The position numbers and the translations under genes are program-made. The notes under the pieces are model-generated. The model had not been told where the DNA came from, did no database searches, and saw only the letters and a list, made by a program, of their open reading frames with translations. This document shows, piece by piece, positions 60,401-64,000 of a stretch of 64,000 nt of DNA (within the stretch, counting starts at the first letter, position 1; every line of letters starts with the position of its first letter). The DNA is taken from positions 320,001 through 384,000 of the forward strand of contig CM000433.1 in the NCBI GenBank assembly GCA_000165345.1, given 5' to 3'.

Positions 60401-61605
60401 TCGAATCTAATATTGATTGGATGAAAAATCTTGACTCATCTCCTCAACAAAGCTTCAATAGGGAAAATGTGATTAAAGCTACAGATGCTCATGATCAATT
60501 TAATAATAAGCTACGTGAAAACTATAGAAGAAGATCAATTGACGGAGGTCCAACCCCAAGGGGATTTATACCAGATCATGTTCCTAGTGCTCGTGAGCTC
60601 CTTCAGAAGATTAGATTTGATCCGGTTGATTTAGAACTTGAGCACCTTTCTCACATGCGTGAAAGGGGGAGATTTATTTCTGATGCAGTACCTTATTTAC
60701 CTGAGGAATTACAAAGACTGATAATGGTATCAAATCAAAATTCAAATAAAAAGCACAGATTTACCATTGACACAAATGCAGGTTTATTTTCAAGAATTGA
60801 CTACAAAAATTTACCAGAGTTGGATTTAAATAAGTCAATTCCCAAAAATCGAGATTTTGATGAAGAATCTCAAAGAATTCAACAAACTTCATTGGAAAGA
60901 CTACCTAAAACCTCGGAAGAAGCTACCTCAACAAAAAATAACATCAACTCAACGAATAATAAGCAGAAAAACAGCGCTCTTCCTCGTGGGAAAAAGTCAA
61001 AGCTTAAAAAAGTGGCAGACAAGTACGGGGAGCAAGATGATGAAGAACGAAAAATAAAAATGATGTTATTTGGAAGTAAAGAGATGAAAAAAGCTAATGA
61101 TGACCGTTCAAGCAATAAGACTAAAGACTCTAATGAATTTTTAAATAATCAAAATAGGCAGCTTCATATTTCCCAGCAAGAGAAACGAAGAAAAGAACAG
61201 GAGAAGATGGAAAAAGTTTACAAAAATAGAATTGTAGATAATTCTACAGAGAATCGTGAATTCCAATACTTTAAAGACAGCCTCTTACCTACAAATAAAG
61301 ATGAGGATTCAGAAATAATTGCAGTAATACCAACATTTGCGCCATTTACATGTATAAAGGATTTCAAGTACTGCGCTAGACTTACTCCTGGAGGAGTAAT
61401 AAAAAGATCAAAAGCTGCCCAAGATATTATTAATCACTTTTCAAATATTAGTTATAAAGAAAAGGACCAAAATCCTAATTCTTATGAATACATTAAGGCC
61501 TTGAAGATAGACGACCTAATAAAAAACCTGATGAATCCTGTTAAGGTTCAGTTTTCAAATGAAAAGAGCAAGTTACAGGTAGATGATAGGAATGATAGAA
61601 ATTAG
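57478..61605 (+). CDS. NEMF: NEMF/Rqc2 (Tae2) ribosome quality-control complex subunit
   Basis: NFACT-N ([42 protein letters not shown]) and the NFACT-R/DUF814 block ([34 protein letters not shown]...HADIHGA) with a C-terminal conserved region. 1375 aa. Confidence 0.85.
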   Translation: [1375 protein letters not shown]

Positions 61606-61701
61606 TCTTATTAAATTAGTATTTGTATGAAACCCCGTAAGGATTTTAAGAACCCTCGCAAATCTACTTACTAAAAAATTCATTATTTTGGTTTTACTAA
61701 C

Positions 61702-61712
61702 TTGGCGCAAAA
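61702..61712. promoter_or_regulatory. TTGGCGCAAAA E2F-like site 29 nt upstream of the ISY1 ATG
   Basis: actaacTTGGCGCAAAAaaaaatc. Confidence 0.3.
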
Positions 61713-61740
61713 AAAAATCAAATTGTCACTATCTTTAATT

Positions 61741-61883
61741 ATGGCAAGAAACTCAGAAAAGGCAAATTTTATGCTCAATAGATGGCTTTCAGTAAAAAAC
61801 AAAATCTCAAAACCTTCTTTTGAGGGAAGAGGAAGGTATTCTAATGTGCAATTTACTAATACAATCAGGGAATGCGAGACAAT
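61741..61883 (+). CDS. ISY1: Pre-mRNA splicing factor ISY1, exon 1 (MARNSEKANFML...; donor AT|GTAAGT at 61884)
   Basis: The universal ISY1 N-terminus MARN-EKA. The frame then hits a stop 1 codon past GTAAGT. Confidence 0.8.
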
Positions 61884-61926
61884 GTAAGTTAATCATTAAA
61901 ATTTAACAAAAATAATTCTTTTTTAG

Positions 61927-62443
61927 TAGGTTTGAGATTATGGAAGAAATATCGAATCTTGCCAAGAAACTAAGAGATTGTACAATGAGTGATGAAAATG
62001 AAGTTAGGCATTTAAATTCTGATATTAACTCACTTCTAAAGGAAAAGTATAAATGGGAGTGTAGGATTGTAGAGTTAGGTGGACCAAATTATAGAAGTAG
62101 GCATGGCCAGTATATTGAATCATTAGGAGGTATTTCTATGCCAAATTCATCTCTAAAGATTTTTGGAGTTGCTATTTCATTACCAGAATACAAAGAATTG
62201 CTCAATTATGACGATAAGACGGAGTTAAGTTCAAAAATAGTCTCCGAGCCTCCAAAGGTTACTATATGCGACGCCTACTACGAAGAGATAAATAAGAAAG
62301 AAGAAGATCGAATTAAAACGCTTGAAAGAGAAAAGGAAATTGAATTTAAGAAAAAAAAACGATTCCTTGAAAAAGAAATCTCGGTTGAATACCTTCTGAA
62401 ACTAATTGATGATAAAAAGAAGGAGATTGAGCAATTTAATTAA
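61927..62443 (+). CDS. ISY1: Pre-mRNA splicing factor ISY1, exon 2 (intron 61884..61926 is 43 nt; a second AG 3 nt downstream is equally in phase)
   Basis: EISNLAKKLRDCTMSDENEVRHLNSDINSLLKEKYKWECRIVELGGPNY aligns to human EISKKVAQIQNAGLGEFRIRDLNDEINKLLREKGHWEVRIKELGGPDY. Confidence 0.8.
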
Positions 62444-63194
62444 TTTTCGTTATATTGCTTCACAAAAAGCTCCAACATCTTCAAAACATATTTTACTTAA
62501 GGCTCACTTTTTATTCATTAAGTATCGAAAATGCGTACTGTGGGGCCAAAATTCAACCATAAACTCATTAAATTAAACATTTGTATAGAAATGTTTAAAT
62601 TAATTAGTCCATTATGACAGTTTAATTACGATAGGTCTTATTTACTATTAATATTCCACATAATTTACAGAATGCAAAAAATAACAAATAACTTAATGAA
62701 TCTATTCGAAGCGCCAAGATCTAGTGTGGGGAGTTAGCGGTGTTTGTATTGAATGACATTTGACATAACCGCAAAGGTAATATTGGATAGTATTTGCATG
62801 AGCAAAAGTGTTGATAAATACTTCCAGAGTCATTGAAATATTGATTTTTTAAATTTCTATTATTCTTAATATTAACTAGTGCTATATATTTATTAAATTC
62901 AAAATACAAAACAAAGATATTTACTTTTTATTTTAATGGTTGATTGTAAAAATTAAGTCTTATCAAATTATTAGAATAAAATAACTCTACTTTTCAATTG
63001 GAATTATAATCTCGAAGTAAGAAACAAAAATTGCAATGAACATTCAATCACAAATAAAAGAAATTAACTCTATTGATAAAAATAGTTTGTCATATTTAAT
63101 AAACTCGAAAAGTACTTTGAATGGTATATATCATGGCATTGAAAGTAATTACTTTGCTGGCCATGAAAGTATATTGAACAATAATTCAGCTAAC

Positions 63195-64000
63195 ATGAGG
63201 CAGTGCCAAAATATAGAAAGACGATGTGAAAATGAGGTTTGGCTCACATTACCACTATTTTTTCCAAGCGCGACTTTACATAATGTAACTCATCAACGCA
63301 GAGACCTGTTTTGTGAATCAAATGGTGGTAGCTTATGTTTTTCTCCTGAAGAAACTAACACCTCCAGGTTATTTTCAACTATTCAAGGACTCTCAGATAT
63401 TGGTGCAGGTTTTTTTCAGATTGTAATTGCAAAACTTAAAGGAGTTGTTGCTGAAAATGTTGAAGCGATAAAAAGCGAGTTTGAAAGAATATTTAAGAAT
63501 GAAGATTCAGCATTTAATGGATTTATTCCTTTAAAGCCTATTGGATGGAGGAAAAGAAGCTTCTCTAAAGAAAATTCCACAATCCTATTAGAGTCTAATG
63601 AAATAATAATTGACGCTTTTGCAAAACAAAAATCATATTATAATGCAATTTTGATATCTGAAAATTATACAGAAAGCTGCAAAGAAAATATTATCAAGTT
63701 GGGAAAACTATCAAATAATTTCCTAGAAAAAATTAAATTAATATATCCATCATTAGAGATTGTCAAAGTTTCGGATTTGGAAAAAGATAATTTTTTTGAG
63801 GTAACTATACGAATAAAACCCATGCCTTCATATGTCTCTTCTGAAGGAGAGGATTTTGATCCAAAGGATAAAAAATTTTCTATGTTTCAAAATTTATCAC
63901 AAGTAAACAATTTAACATCAATATATTTAGGCGATATTCGCCTAATAGATCCTTATAAAACTGAAGTGGATCTAAGAATTCCTTGTGGATTATTCAAAAC
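63195..64000 (+). CDS. Hypothetical protein, partial. It is open to the window end, and the start is uncertain.
   Basis: I hand-translated the frame of 63120: no stop from 63120 to 64000 (293 codons), with the first ATG at 63195. Not in the track because it is truncated. An upstream ORF in another frame abuts it at 63117 (see findings). Confidence 0.35.
   Translation, partial: MRQCQNIERRCENEVWLTLPLFFPSATLHNVTHQRRDLFCESNGGSLCFSPEETNTSRLFSTIQGLSDIGAGFFQIVIAKLKGVVAENVEAIKSEFERIFKNEDSAFNGFIPLKPIGWRKRSFSKENSTILLESNEIIIDAFAKQKSYYNAILISENYTESCKENIIKLGKLSNNFLEKIKLIYPSLEIVKVSDLEKDNFFEVTIRIKPMPSYVSSEGEDFDPKDKKFSMFQNLSQVNNLTSIYLGDIRLIDPYKTEVDLRIPCGLFK

Noticed and set aside
63036-63098. ATG at 63036 as the start of the terminal long ORF
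   Set aside because: Careful re-translation shows that frame stops after 20 codons (MNIQSQIKELTLLIKIVCHI*). My first reading had an inserted base. The long open frame is a different one, with its first ATG at 63195.

Overview
The window is AT-rich (about 70% A+T), extremely gene-dense eukaryotic nuclear DNA, not prokaryotic. I count about 35 protein-coding genes in 64 kb on both strands. Most are single long ORFs. At least seven genes carry short spliceosomal introns, mostly 41-62 nt with GTAAGT, GTATGT or GTAAGA donors and YAG acceptors, plus one 275-nt intron in RPL3. The provided ORF track cannot see these splits, and several of its 'M' starts are actually TTG or GTG. Convergent stop codons lie as little as 2 nt apart, and one divergent start-codon pair is 59 nt apart. 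A GGCGC-core (E2F-like) motif, TTTGGCGC or its complement GCGCCAA, recurs 40-150 nt upstream of many start codons. Together these traits (short sparse introns, many signal-peptide genes, E2F-like upstream motif, overlapping 3' ends) fit a Cryptosporidium-like compact apicomplexan or alveolate genome best. I cannot confirm the species. Recognisable genes are: nucleoside diphosphate kinase with a signal peptide, RPL3 (2 exons), Yip1-family protein, eIF2B-beta, a zf-CW protein, an amino-acid transporter, a MORN-repeat protein, DJ-1/PfpI, Cactin, TrmO/TsaA-like, CTP synthase, a NOL1/NOP2/Sun RNA methyltransferase, PRP3, a Hop1/HORMAD-like HORMA protein, GAR1, a divergent Ras-superfamily GTPase, NEMF/Rqc2 and ISY1. 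The most unusual content is a tandem pair of giant cysteine-rich secreted proteins (1234 and 2592 aa). Both are built from the same recurring Cys module, and they sit inside a run of five consecutive signal-peptide genes that also includes the signal-peptide NDK. No tRNA, rRNA, transposon or CRISPR features are supportable from the sequence.
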